A DNA stretch of 64,000 bases from Octopus sinensis (GCF_006345805.1 NC_043014.1:8866001-8930000); one strand, 5' to 3'; shown: positions 1 through 12,557, numbered from the stretch's first letter. A program made the numbers and translations. The notes: generated by a model not told the origin, from the letters alone.

Positions 1-4
1 AGAC

Positions 5-40
<36 letters not shown>

Positions 41-49
<9 letters not shown>

Positions 50-400
50 CAAGATTTTTTATGTGAAGTCGTGTGTTGAAACAGATATTGTTGTATTTAG
101 GAATGGTCATTTTGCCAGTTTAGCCATAAAACACACGCACTATATATTGGTGTTACTTGCTTCAGTGTTATTTATTTTTTACATTAATCTTAATCTTATT
201 CGGCCAGAGTTCTTTCGTCACACTCCTGTGACCGCATCAGTGGTCCTTTGTTTTTTATAAAATGAAGCTGTTGCGTTGTCACAGTTTTCTTTAGGCAACA
301 GAATATAGTGTTCTTCAGCTTCTTGCAAGCCTGGCTATAGCTCACGTTAGTACGTTTAAATATTTGTTGTGCAAGATTTTTTATGTGAAGTCGTGTGTTG
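41..400 (-). mobile_element. Penelope-like element terminal fragment carrying a hammerhead-like motif
   Basis: Motif 'gcaagatttt(t)tatgtgaagtcgtgtgttg' occurs at about 48 and 371 and is related to 11920-11950; minus-strand hammerhead fold at 202-246. Confidence 0.5.
202..246 (-). ncRNA. Minimal type I hammerhead-like motif (degenerate A9)
   Basis: Minus strand: GGACCA-CUGAUGC-G-GUCACA(GGAG)UGUGAC-GAAA-G(AA)C-UC-UGGCC. Confidence 0.5.
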
Positions 401-412
401 TATACTGTGACA

Positions 413-564
413 GCCATTTAACCCTAGGAAACATCGACGTCTCCTATCGGCTTTGACACATTTCCCAGCTGACGGAGGTGATTGCCTCCACTTTGCAAAT
501 ATAAGGACACAGAAAATACATCAAAGTTGACTGGAGATGTTGATGTTTCCTAGGGCTAAATGGC
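413..564. mobile_element. Small inverted-repeat element (piggyBac-like MITE?)
   Basis: 32-bp IR at 413-444 and 533-564 (3 mismatches); TTAA-CCCTAGG...CCTAGGG-CTAA. Confidence 0.45.
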
Positions 565-693
565 GGTGGTGTAATTCCCTTACGGGACTGTCACATTGAG
601 TTGACAGTATACAACCACTATATCGCTCCACCACCGCTCATGTCTCTCTGAGACATTTAGAAATTCAATATTTCTAATATATATATATATATA

Positions 694-905
694 AATGTGC
701 CCTTTTAAAGCCTAGCCAGGCTCATGGGCCCGGTTTCCCAGTTTCAATGGCGTATGTGTTCCCCAGCTGAATGGGACGCCAGTCCATCGCAGCGTTACTC
801 ACTTTTGCCAGCTGAGTGGACTGGAGCAACATGAAATGAAGTGTTTTGCTCAAGAACACAACGCGTTGCCCGGTCCAGGAATCGAAACCGCAACCTTACG
901 ATCAT
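694..905 (-). mobile_element. tRNA-derived SINE, partial
   Basis: B-box-like 'ggtttcgattcc' on minus; body shared with 39222-39490, 46945-47410 and 61222-61545. Confidence 0.7.
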
Positions 906-1010
906 GATGCATCATGAGTTGCAAAGCAGAAGCAACAAAGTGACTCAAGAGTTGACCGTTTCGATGCATTGGCACTTATCATACTATGATAATATCATTA
1001 GGAAATTTAT

Positions 1011-1414
1011 GGCATAGGAGTGGCTGTGTGGTAAGTAGCTTGCTTACCAACCACATGGTTCCAGGTTCAGTCCCACTGCATGACACCTGGGGCAAGTGTC
1101 TTCTACTATAGCCTCAGTTCGACCAAAGCCTTGTGAGTGGATTTGGTAGACGGAAACTGAAAGAAGCCCGTCGTATATATATATATATATAGGTGTGTGT
1201 GTACATGTTTGTGTGTCTGTGTTTGTCCCCCCAACATCACTTGTCAACCGATGCCAGTGTGTTTACGTCCCATAACTTAGCGGTTCGGCAAAAGATACCG
1301 ACAGAATAAGTACTAGGCTTACAAAGAATAATTCCTGGGGTCGATTTGCTCAACTAAAGAGAATGCTCCAGCATGGCCACAGTCAAATGACTGAAACAAG
1401 TAAAAGAGTAAAAG
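1011..1414 (+). mobile_element. tRNA-derived CORE-type SINE with internal microsatellite
   Basis: Head 'ggagtggctgtgtggtaag...ggttcagtccc', CORE-like 'ggcaagtgtcttc', tail 'taaaagag'; more than 15 copies in window. Confidence 0.85.
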
Positions 1415-1428
1415 CGTGTATATATAAT

Positions 1429-1572
1429 AGGAAGGGCATCCAGCTGTAGAAACATTGCCAGATAAGACTGGAGCCTGGTGCAGCCTTCTGGCTTCCCAGA
1501 TCCCCGGTCAAACTGTCCAACCCATGCTAGCATGGAGAACGGACGTTAAACGATGATGATGATGATGATGAT
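1429..1572 (+). mobile_element. 3' fragment of (GAT)n-tailed SINE (RTE-type tail)
   Basis: 'aggaagggcatccagctgtagaaac...aacggacgttaaacgatgatgatg'. Confidence 0.75.
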
Positions 1573-2447
1573 ATATATATATATAATATACAAAATGTGT
1601 GTGTATTCTTTCTCTCTTTCGGTGCATATATAATATAAATATTTAGAGAAGCACATGTCACAGTTAAGATAACACAAAATGTACATAAATATGACAGCAG
1701 ATTTACATAAATTCTCATTGTAAATTGCACATTTCATTCACTGTTTCTTCCCCTGTGCGTCTAACGTAAACGGTTAAATGGACTTCAAAGAGATTTAGTG
1801 AATAATCGTAAATATTAGTTTGGAAAAATGAAAAATATTTATTCACAAGAAACAAGGGTTGAAACTGAGAAGTTCAGAACTTGATACAGAGGATTTGATA
1901 ATTCCAATTTTGTCATTACAAGGGAATGCTATTAAGCTTATGGCCATATGTGTCTGGTCATTATAGGGTATTGATTTTGTCTGATAATCTGTTAAGTTTG
2001 CTGCAACTTAAAAGATCGCTTGATAGTAATTCGATCGTTTCTCCGTTCAGATATTTAATGGCTAAAGATTGGTTTAGCTCTGCGAGTGAAGATGTGAGGA
2101 CGTGAGGGGCGACAGTGTAAATAACGTGGCTGGCTGGCTGGCTGGAAATGTTCACAGACAAACTGGTACCGAACAGATTGCAATATAAGCTTATCATCCA
2201 TAAATCAATGATTTGTTTCAGAGATAAAATATTTGTATGGAAAAAAAATAATCAATTGAAGAAAAAAAAATGAACTGAAACCTTCTGTATTTCAACCTTA
2301 GTTTTTTATTTGCTCACAGATATTGAAGACACTGTCGCGATCTTAAGTTGTTGCCTTGGTGGTCTGTGGTGATAACTGGTTTAGTTGATGAATGAAAATT
2401 TGTTTCTTGGGTTGCTTGTAGAAGCAACTGTACAACACAAGCGAACA

Positions 2448-3266
2448 TCATCATTGTCATCGTCGTTTAATGTCCGTTTTCCATGCTGGCATGGGTTGGA
2501 TGGATCAACTGGGGCCTGGGAAGCCAGGAGGCTGCACCGGGCTCCAATCTGATCTTGCAGTGTTTCTACAGCTGGATGCCCTTCCTAAAGCCAACCACTC
2601 CAAGAGTGTAGTGGGTGCTTTTTACATGCCACTGGGACAAGGGGCCAGAGGAGTTGACACCGACCACAATCAGATGGTGCTTTTTACATGCCACCAGCAC
2701 GGAAGCTAGTCAAGGCGGCACTGGCATCGGCCACATTCGGATGGTGCTTTTTATGTGCCACCAGCACGGAAGCTAGTCAAGGCAGCACTGGCATTGGCCA
2801 CATTCGGATGGTGCTTTTTACGTGCCACCAGCATGGAAGCCAGTCAAGGTGGCACTGGCATTGGCCACATTCGGATGGTGCTTTTTACGTGCCACCAGCA
2901 TGGAAGCCAGTCAAGGCGGCACTGGCATCGGCCACATTCGGATGGTGCTTTCTACGTGCCACCAGCATGGAAGCCAGTCAAGGCGGCACTGGCATCGGCC
3001 ACGTTTGGATCGTGCTTTTTACGTGTTACCGACACGGGGCTCACAACCACAATTTCCATTTGATTTGATTTTGATATTGCTGATGTTGATGTACTTTATT
3101 CAATAGTCTCCTCAAACACGGCATGTCGCCTACATTCCAAGGTACTTTTGAGTGGGCTGGTTATGCGACACTGGTGTAGGTTACAGCTGTGGACTCACTT
3201 TATTTGCCAGGCCTTCTCAGTCACCTCTAGAGGTCTCAGTCTTTTGTCATTGCCTCTGTGAGGCCC
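2448..3266 (-). mobile_element. (GAT)n-tailed SINE with internal 67-bp minisatellite
   Basis: Same tail as 1429-1572 on minus; repeat units start at 2688, 2755, 2822, 2889 and 2956. Confidence 0.8.
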
Positions 3267-3272
3267 GTCACA

Positions 3273-3725
3273 TGTAAAGACAAACTGTGTTGACCTTCTA
3301 CAGATAACAACAGCTATGATTATATACTGGGGGACAGAGTTGCTGCTTGAAGTTTACGGCAAGCTATTGATGCAGCAACATGCAACTTATCCAACATAAC
3401 TGGAAATAATTGTGCTATGTGGGTATGTTTTCTCTGATGAGTAGTCTACGAAATGTGAAACAGTCCATCAGGAGACTCCCTCCCAGAGAGAGAGCAGCTA
3501 TGTGGTAAGTAGCTTTTGTAAGAGGTTCATTGCCTTATGTAATTATTTGTTAAAGAACAATGTTATAGAGAAGCTAGAAGCTACTGAGGAGTAGTCTACG
3601 AAATGTGAAACAGTCCATCAGGAGACTCCCTCCCAGAGAGAGAGCAGCTATGTGGTAAGTAGCTTTTGTAAGAGGTTCATTGCCTTATGTAATTATTTGT
3701 TAAAGAACAATGTTATAGAGAAGCG
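3273..3725 (+). mobile_element. Putative LTR-like sequence containing a 150-bp tandem duplication, ending at the gap
   Basis: Starts TGTAAAGACAAACTG, a start shared with 42212; 3434-3583 is repeated from 3584. Confidence 0.35.
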
Positions 3726-3825
3726 NNNNNNNNNNNNNNNNNNNNNNNNNNNNNNNNNNNNNNNNNNNNNNNNNNNNNNNNNNNNNNNNNNNNNNNNNNN
3801 NNNNNNNNNNNNNNNNNNNNNNNNN
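3726..3825. other. Assembly gap (100 N)
   Basis: Run of 100 N. Confidence 1.
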
Positions 3826-4304
3826 AGGGAAGTAAAGTGCAGATAGGAAGGGAGGGGAGGTAAGAAGAAAGTAAAAAAAAAAGAAAAAGTGATATGAAGA
3901 AAGAGGGAAAAGTGGAAGAGCTGAGGAGAGGGAAGAGAAGGGGATGAGAATTAAGGCAAAAGAAAAGAAGAGTGGATGTAAAAACCGAGGGGGTGTAAGT
4001 CAGGAGAGAGGAGATGGGAAAGAAAATAAACTTCGATTTTGTTATCCTTAAATCGAATGCCAATATGTATTTGCTGACTGGGAAGATAAATAAAAACATA
4101 ACAAGAAGGAGAAAAAGTTTCCTGTCTATAACAAACAGCCCCACAGCTTATTGAATATTGAAGAATAGTGTTCCAGATTCCCAAAATGGCCAACAATCTG
4201 TGCCATACAATATATACCAAAATATTCCCTTAACATGTTATGCTAAATTGAAGTTGTTTTTCAAAGTGATTTTCACCAAGGGACTTCATTTATCCTATAG
4301 TTTT

Positions 4305-4530
4305 TATCTTTTATCTGTTATTTGTGGACTGCGGCCATGTTGGAGCATCACCTTGATGTGGATTTGGTCGAACCAATTGAGCGCAGTCCTTATGGCTTCT
4401 TTTTTTTAATGTCTGGTAATTATCATATTGTTCTCGTTAGCCAAACCGTTACGCAACAAGGACCAAAACAAACCAACACCGGTTGTGGAGCGACATGTGA
4501 GGAGAGGACAAACACAAACACAAAGGCACC
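4305..4530 (-). mobile_element. CORE-type SINE, 3' half (diverged)
   Basis: 'gactgcggccatgttggagcatcacc...accaacaccggttgt'. Confidence 0.65.
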
Positions 4531-4613
4531 CACACCCATCCGCTCATCCATTCATACATACATGCATGCATACATATATGTATCTATTAATCCCTTTACC
4601 TTATGTTATATAC

Positions 4614-4658
<45 letters not shown>

Positions 4659-4737
4659 CGGGAAGGTTTACGAAAATAAACAAAAGACGAAGGCAGGTGG
4701 AGTACAAACAAACAAATGTATTATATATATATATAAT

Positions 4738-4960
4738 TAAAATCATAAATTATGATTTCTGCGAGATACCACCATGCTGAAAATAGCAGCCATGATCTGA
4801 CTCTAAAACCACCATAATTGTCCATATATCAACACGGAGAGTAAACAAAGAGACAAGATGAAACAAGTAAAAAATTACTGGATAATTCTAGATCCCGGAT
4901 TTCTGGTTTGCATTTAAAAATGCTTTGCCTCATCAGTAGAATACACACAGAAAAGAAATA
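4738..4960 (-). mobile_element. Penelope-like terminal fragment with hammerhead
   Basis: Contains the hammerhead at 4885-4942; abuts 4636-4720, a fragment of the 48333 family. Confidence 0.5.
4885..4942 (-). ncRNA. Type I hammerhead ribozyme motif (AUC site)
   Basis: Minus strand: AUUCUA-CUGAUGA-GG(CAAA)GCAUUU(UU)AAAUGC(AAA)CC-A-GAAA-UCC(G)GGA-UC-UAGAAU; 6-bp helix I. Confidence 0.7.
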
Positions 4961-5110
4961 TAAATACATATATATATAAATACAACATACAAATACTCAC
5001 ATATGCGAACATGTACCTACATATATATATGCACGTATGCATCATGGCTAGTTCAAAATGCCCGCCGTTTAATTTCGTGTGAGATATGGTCAAAATATCG
5101 CTGCAGTAAT

Positions 5111-5142
<32 letters not shown>

Positions 5143-5165
5143 TACTACAGGCTTTCACACAAATT

Positions 5166-5583
5166 CCTATTTCTTTATTGCATACAAGGGGTTAAACATA
5201 GAGGGGACAAACAAGGACAGACAAAGGGATTAAGTTGATTACATCGATCCCAGTGCATAACTGGTACTTAATTTATCGATCCCAAAAGGATGAAAGGCAA
5301 AGTCAACCTCGGCGGAATTTGAACTGAGAACGTAACGGCAGACAAAATACCTATTTCTTTACTACCCACAAGGGGCTAAACATAGAGAGGACAAACAAGG
5401 ACAGACAAACGGATTAAGTTGATTACATTGACCCCAATGTGTAACTGGTACTTAATTTATCGATCCCAAAAGGATGAAAGGCAAAGTCGACCTCGGCAGA
5501 ATTTGAACTCAGAACGTAACGGTAGATGAAATACCGCTAAGCATTTCGCCCGGAGTGCAAACATTTCTGCCAGCTCGACGGCT
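5166..5583 (-). mobile_element. Tandem pair of tRNA-derived SINEs with a Meta-like domain
   Basis: Reverse complement of 'gcctttcatcctttcggggtcgataaattaagtaccag' twice. Confidence 0.8.
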
Positions 5584-5736
5584 TTCACACAGTTTCCATT
5601 GACTAAATTCTCTGACAAGGAAATGATTGGTGAGAGGCTGTAGCAAAAAACCATTTGCCCAAGGTGCTGTATGGTAGGACTGAACTCAACACCAGATAAT
5701 TACAACGCAAGCTTCTTAACCACACAGCCATATGTG

Positions 5737-6120
5737 GAAGCACTCCATCGGTTACGACGTCGAGGGTTCCGGTTGATCTGAATCAACAGAACAGCCTGCT
5801 CGTGAAATTAACGTGTAAGTGGCTGAGCACTCCACAGACACATGCACCCTTTACGTAGTTCTCGGGGATATTCAGCGTGACACAGAGAGTGACAAGGCCG
5901 GCCCTTTGAAATACAGGTACAACAGAAACAGGAAGTAAGAGTGAGAGAAAGTTGTGGTGAAAGAGTACAGCAGGGATCACCACCATCCCCTGCCGGAGCC
6001 TCGTGGAGCTTTTAGGTGTTTTCGCTCAATAAACACTCAGAACGCCCGGTCTGAGAATCGAAACCGCGATCCTATGACCGCGAGTCTGCTGCCCTAACCA
6101 CTGGGCCATTGCACCTCCAC
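5737..6120 (-). mobile_element. tRNA-Arg-like SINE (octopus OR-type)
   Basis: Minus head 'gtggaggtgcaatggcccagtggttagggcagcagactcgcggtcataggatcgcggtttcgattc'; same as 40965. Confidence 0.8.
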
Positions 6121-6452
6121 ACACAGCCATATAAAAGGTATTTCTCCGGTGAAAAAAAAAAACACTGATTAATTGAAGTGTTAACAATAAAAAAAAAAGC
6201 AAGAGCAAAACTTTTTTTTTAGTCCTCCACCATGCCCACATCACTAACTCTTCCCCCAGAATCTTTTATTCTATTCATGAAATATTTATCCACATGTTAG
6301 AAATCATTATTTTACCATTTTTTTTTTCTACAAAACTTACTTGTAAAATCACTTAGAAAAGAAAATAATAGCGTCTGCATCTGTTAGGAACAGAAGCGCA
6401 AAATGAGAAAATCCATATCGAGATAAATAATAACTTGAACAATATTGACTTC

Positions 6453-7005
<553 letters not shown>

Positions 7006-7275
7006 AGGCACATACAAACGACGCCCACGTTGAAGGTTTCCGACATGGCACCATTTACCCAAACACAAACATCTGCGCATTCGTACAGAGACTTCACGCC
7101 AACCAGATATTGTCCATTATTCCCTGACTCCTGACCAAACTCCGACCGACTTGAAAGGCACGTGCCGCGGCACGCAGTCGAATAACTTTTCAAACTTTTT
7201 CAAAGAAAGCTTTTATATCTTTTGGCAATATCCCTATGACTTTTCAATGACATACCATAGAGAGAATATCTCAAC

Positions 7276-9300
7276 CAGGGGTTCTCGACCATTTTTTTTT
7301 AATCTATGGATCCCTTTAATTACAATTCTATTCTGGTCTGGGAGCGGAGAGGAATCAGCCTCAACACCAAGCTGAAAGTTTACCGGGCAGTCGTGCTTAC
7401 CACCCTACTATACGGCTGCGAGACGTGGACTGCTTACTGAAGGCACGAGCGCCAGATAAACCACTTCCACCTCAGGTGTCTTCAGAACCTCCTTCACATC
7501 CGCTGGCAGGACAAAGTCCCAGACACGGAAGTTCTGAAGCAGGCAGATCTACCTAGCACCATCACGATCATGCGCAAGGCCCAGCTGAGATGGGCGGGCC
7601 ACGTCTCCCGCATGTCCGACACTCGCATCCCAAAACAGCTCTTTTACGGTGAACTCAGCCAGGGCAAACGCAAAGTCGGAGGGCAGAAGAAGCACTTCAA
7701 GGACAGTCTCAAAGTCTCTCTCAAAGACTTCTCCATCGGCACAGAGACACTTGCTGCTGACCGCTCATCCTAACGCAGCGCAATCACCACAGGAGCAAAG
7801 ACAGCCGAGGAGAGACGGATTCAGTCAGCAGAACAGAAACGCCAGATGTGGAAAGCCAGAGCCACCTGCACCAATAGCACAGCCCCTACCCACTTCTGCC
7901 CCACCTGTGGGAGGGGCTTTCTTGCCCGGATTGGCCTCACCAGCCACCTCCGGTCTCATAGCAGCAATTCCACCAAATGATGTCAATGGTCATCTTCGAA
8001 CCCGAAGGACGAACATTATTATTCTATTCTGGTGGGCCTTCATAGCCATTCGATGTTTAAAAACTAGTTTTATAGAAACTTGTGCAGGTTGAACAATGTA
8101 AAATGTTAGAGAAAGAAACCCAGCTGTTTCTTGCAATACATAACCAATACATACATCTAAAGCAAAATTGTCTAGGGGCCCTTAAAATACTATTGTGGAT
8201 CCTCAATTTACCATCTTGTTGCATGAGCCCCCCCCATCCCCGCCAAATCTTATATGGAGCCTCAAGGGGCCATATGTATCCTGATTGAGAACTACTGCTC
8301 TAGACCAAGGATCCTCAACCATTTTTCATGTGTGGACCCCTTTGATAACTATTTTATTCAAGTGGACCCCTATAGCCATTTGATGTTCATAAACTAGTTT
8401 TACAGATACTCCTTTCCAAATTACTATTTTATTTCCTACACCTTAACTTTTGTAGGTTGAAGCATGGAAAATCTTATAGGAAGAAACCCGGCTGTTTCTT
8501 GCAAAACATAACCAAAACTAAAGCAAAATTTTTCAGGGTCCCTTAAAATACTATTGTGGATCCTCAATTTACCATCATGTTGCATGAGCCTCCCATCCCC
8601 ACCAAATCTTATATGGACCTCAAGGTGCCATATGTATCCCGATTGAGAACTACTGCTCTAGACCAAGGATCCTCAACCATTTTTCATCTGTAGACCCCTT
8701 TGATTACAATTTTATTCAAGTGGACCTTTATAGCCATTTGATGTTCATAAACTAGTTTTAAAGAAGCTTCTTTCAAAATTCCAATTTTATTTTTCATACA
8801 TTAACTTTTGTAGGTTGAACTATGGAAAATCTTAGAGAAAGAAACCTCACTGTTTCTTGCAATACATACCAATACATACATCTAAAAGCAAGGGTTTCTC
8901 AACCGTTTATCTATGGATCCCTTTGATTACAATTTTATTCTTATGGACCCCCAAAGCTATCTGATGTTTAAAAGCTAGTTTCAAAGAAATTTCTTTCAAA
9001 ATTCCAAATTTGTTTTTCCACACATTAACTTGTGTAGGTTGAACCATGGAAAATGTTAGAGAAAGAAACTCAGCTGTTTCTTGCAATACATAACCAATAC
9101 ATGCATCTAAAACAGGGATCCTCAACCATTTTTTATCTATGGACCCCGTGGATTACTATTTTATTCTGGTGAACCTCATTGTCATTCAATGTTTAAAAAC
9201 TAGTTTTATAGAAACATCTTTCAAAATTCCTATTTTACTTTTCAGGTATTAACTTGTGTAAGTTGAACAATGTAAAATATGTAGCAGAGAAATTTAGAAA
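7276..9300 (+). mobile_element. Head-to-tail array of hAT-type MITEs (about 350-bp units)
   Basis: Ends CAGGGGTTCTC/CAAGGATCCTCAACC ... GATTGAGAACTACTG, separated by CTCTAGAC at about 8297 and 8655; later units truncated. Confidence 0.7.
7338..8020 (+). pseudogene. 5'-truncated RTE (BovB-like) LINE, ORF 3' end
   Basis: Translates ...[24 protein letters not shown]...QLRWAGHVSRM..., C-terminal CPTCGRGFLARIGLTSHLRSH; 13-bp TSD attctattctggt (7325-7337, 8021-8033). Confidence 0.9.
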
Positions 9301-9409
9301 TGATTAGTAAGTATTAAAATAAAATTCTATTATATAGTGTGATGTATTTTAGGATTTGATGTTTTGCATGGGGACTTCTATCTATAAATAACATATATAT
9401 ATATATGTA

Positions 9410-10154
9410 TAAAATCAAATAAAATCAAATCAAAACAAATCAAAGTAGATGAACATCAATGGAATTTGTATCTTTGTGGTACCAGTGCCGGTGGCACACA
9501 AGAAAATCATCCGAACGTGGCCGTAGCCAGTACCGCATAGACTGGCCTCCGTGCTTTGGGGACGTAACAAACACCGTCCGATCGTGGCCGTCCGCCAGCC
9601 TCATCTGGCACCTGTGTCGGTGGCACATAAAAACACCATCCGAGCGTGGCCGTCTGCCAGCCTCGTCTGGCACCTGTGTCGGTGGCACATAAAAACACCA
9701 TCCGAGCGTGGCCGTTCGCCAGCCTCGTCTGGCACCTGTGTCGGTGGCACATAAAAACACCATCCGAGCGTGGCCATCTGCCAGCCTCGTCTGGCACCTG
9801 TGTCGGTGGCACATAAAAACACCATCCGAGCGTGGCCGTTCGCCAGCCTCGTCTGGCACCTGTGTCGGTGGCACATAAAAACACCATCCGAGCGTGGCCG
9901 TCTGCCAGCCTCGTCTGGCACCTGTGTCGGTGGCACATAAAAACACCATCCGAGCGTGGCCGTTCGCCAGCCTCGTCTGGCACCTGTGTCGGTGGCACAT
10001 AAAATCACCCACTACACTCTCGGAGTGGTTGGCGTTAGGAAGGGCATCCAGCTGTAGAAACACTGCCAGATCTGACTGGCCTGGTGCAGCCTTCGGGCTC
10101 CCCAGACCCCAGTTGAACCGTCCAACCCATGCTAGCATGGAAAGCGGACGCTAA

Positions 10155-10196
<42 letters not shown>
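9410..10196 (+). mobile_element. (GAT)n-tailed SINE with internal 62-bp minisatellite (about 7 units)
   Basis: 'accatccgagcgtggcc' at 9635, 9697, 9759 and onward; (GAT)n tail at 10155-10196. Confidence 0.85.
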
Positions 10197-10626
10197 TATA
10201 TGTATATAATACAAAATAAGAAAATGGGGAAATAGATTTCTATCAATCATCAACTACTAGATAATACCAATTCATATAATTTATTAACTAATTATTTAGG
10301 AACATCCAGATCAAACAGAATAAAACAGTACACATCAATGAGTAAGATAATACCATATGTGTGTGTGTATGTATGTATGTATGTATGTATGTATGTATGT
10401 ATGTATGTATGTATGTATGTATATATATATATGTATGTCTTTTATCTTCCTTTGTTTCAGTCATTAGACTGCGGCCATGCTGCGGCACCTCCCTTGAAGA
10501 CTTTTTTGTCGAATGAACCAATCCCAGTCCTTATATTTTTAAACGTGGTACTTATTCTATCGTTCTCTTTTGTCAAACCGCTAAGTTATGGGGACGTAAA
10601 CACACCAACACCGGTTGTTAAATGGT

Positions 10627-10866
10627 GATGGCGGCGAGCTGGCAGAAACGTTAGCACGCCGGGCGAAATGCTTATCGGTATTTCATCTGCCGTTACGTTC
10701 TGAGTTCAAATTCTGCCGGGGTCGACTTTGCCTTTCATCCTTTCGGGGTCGATTAAATAAAGTACCAGTTACGCACTGGGGTCGATGTAATCGACTTAAT
10801 CCGTTTTGTCTGTCTTTGTTTGACCCCTCTCTGTGTTTAGCCCCTTGTGGGTAGCAAAGAAATAGG
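10627..10866 (+). mobile_element. Meta-like tRNA SINE, preceded by a CORE-SINE 3' half (10438-10625, minus)
   Basis: 'ggcggcgagctggcagaaacgttagcacgccgggcg...ggggtcgatgtaatcgac'. Confidence 0.8.
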
Positions 10867-11699
10867 TGATGGTGGGGACAAGCACAGACACAAACACTCA
10901 TACACACACACACACACACATACATATGAATGTGTGCAAACGTGTGTGTGTGTGTGTGCACGAATGTGTGTGTGTGTGGTGCTTTTATGAGCTCATGTGT
11001 GTGTTTATGTGCTTCGCCAGTTCTTTCTTGTATTTATATATATGCATGTATCTACGTCTTCAATTTTTGATTTTCCCTGTTCAACAATCAAATACGAACA
11101 TTTCTTTCGGCCAAATTCCATTCCTATGTCAGCTGTGAATGTTGTTATTAATTCCAGCTGTTTTCTTTGGCATTGTTCACATCTTTAGCACAAACCTTCA
11201 GGTCATACACAAAAACAAAAAAACACAAAAACAAAATAAAATAAACATGGGTTCCATTAATATTTCTAGCAGTTGTAGATCCTAGCATGTAACCATTTGA
11301 TTTTCTCAGCAGGAATGATAATGGAGTTAACACCAAAATGAACAGAAATACAGAAAGATTATCTCCAGGAAATATTCCCTTTGAAATATCTGTAACATTG
11401 GGGGCGGGAGGGGGCGATCGTTCTGTTCTCAATTGTAAGTGTGAGAGGTAATATCTGGGTCCTTGTGAGCCCCCCCAACAAAAGCAGCTTAAGCAGCAAG
11501 CCCTTTTGCCAAATGCAAGCACTTCTGCAATCATAAGTGGGGAACAGACCCAAATGACTTCCTGTAATTAAGCTTCAATGACGCAAAGCTTCATCATCAT
11601 CATCATTGTTTAATGCCCGTTTTCCATGCTAGCATGGGTTGGACGGTTTGACCGGGGTCTGGGAAGCCAGGAGGCTGCACCAGGCTCAAGGTATCTTAA

Positions 11700-11925
11700 C
11701 CAAAGCTTCTCTTGTGTTTTTTCAATTCGGACAGTACAGCTTTGTTTATCAAAAGTTGCTCGGCACATCCCCACGCTCCCTTCTTTTCACTTACTGGATT
11801 ATCAGTCACTATGCTGTTGGATTCACTATGATCTTGCGGGAATTGGTTGAGGGAGCTTGTGTACAGTTTGTACATGATTAAGCAAGCAATGGACCTATAT
11901 TTCGTTTTTGGATTTGGTTTGCAAG
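11700..11925 (-). pseudogene. RT fragment of an R4/Dong-like RLE LINE
   Basis: KYRSIACLIMYKLYTSSLNQF...KKGAWGCAEQLLINKAVLSE resembles RT blocks 1-2. Confidence 0.65.
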
Positions 11926-12185
11926 ATTCTTTATGAGTTCGTGTGTTGAAGCATATTCTGTTGTGTCTGAGGTGTGTCATTTTCTTTTTGTGTCTCATAA
12001 TGTAACACACTCACCAGTAAAATTTCCTCTCATTTCTTATCTTTATTTTCCTAAAATTTTCGCTGCGTCTTGCAACCTTTTCAAAAGGAGAATAAAATAA
12101 GAAATAAGTGGAAATTTTACCGGTGAGTGTGTTACATTACAAGGCACAAAAAGAAAATGAATCTCCCCAGACACAACAGAAGAGT

Positions 12186-12465
12186 CGTCATCGTCATCAT
12201 TTAATGTCCGTTTTCCATGCTAGCATGGGTTGGATGGTTCGACCAGGGTCTGGGAATTCAGGAGGCTGCGCCAGGCCCCACTCTGATCTAGCAGAGTTTC
12301 TACAGCTGGATGCCCTTCCTAACGCCAACCACTCCGAGAGTGTAGTGGGTGCTTTTTACGTACCACCGGCACGGGGGCCAGAGGAGGCTGTCAAACAGAC
12401 ACGATCGGTTGGTGCTTTTACGTTTCACCTACACGAATGCCAGTCAGGCGGCGCTGGCATCAACC
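12186..12465 (-). mobile_element. (GAT)n-tailed SINE truncated by the duplicated arm
   Basis: Family sequence stops abruptly at 12465. Confidence 0.75.
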
Positions 12466-12557
12466 TTCGTTCCCTAGAGGGAAAGGACTAGATTGGGATT
12501 AGTCGTTGCCTACTAGGGGCTCTTACATACCCGGGCAACGCTGGGCTATGCTGCTAG
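12466..12557 (+). mobile_element. 3' end of non-autonomous Helitron family A
   Basis: Hairpin CCCGGGCAACGCTGGG followed by CTAG|T; full copy at 34923-35709. Confidence 0.75.

Noticed and set aside
255-330. CUGAAGA...GAAA on the minus strand
   Set aside because: No NUH triplet; the core is buried in a GAAGCUG/CAGCUUC stem.
9572-10005. CRISPR-like appearance of the 62-bp and 67-bp arrays
   Set aside because: Units are contiguous with no unique spacers, lie inside a SINE, and have no cas genes nearby.
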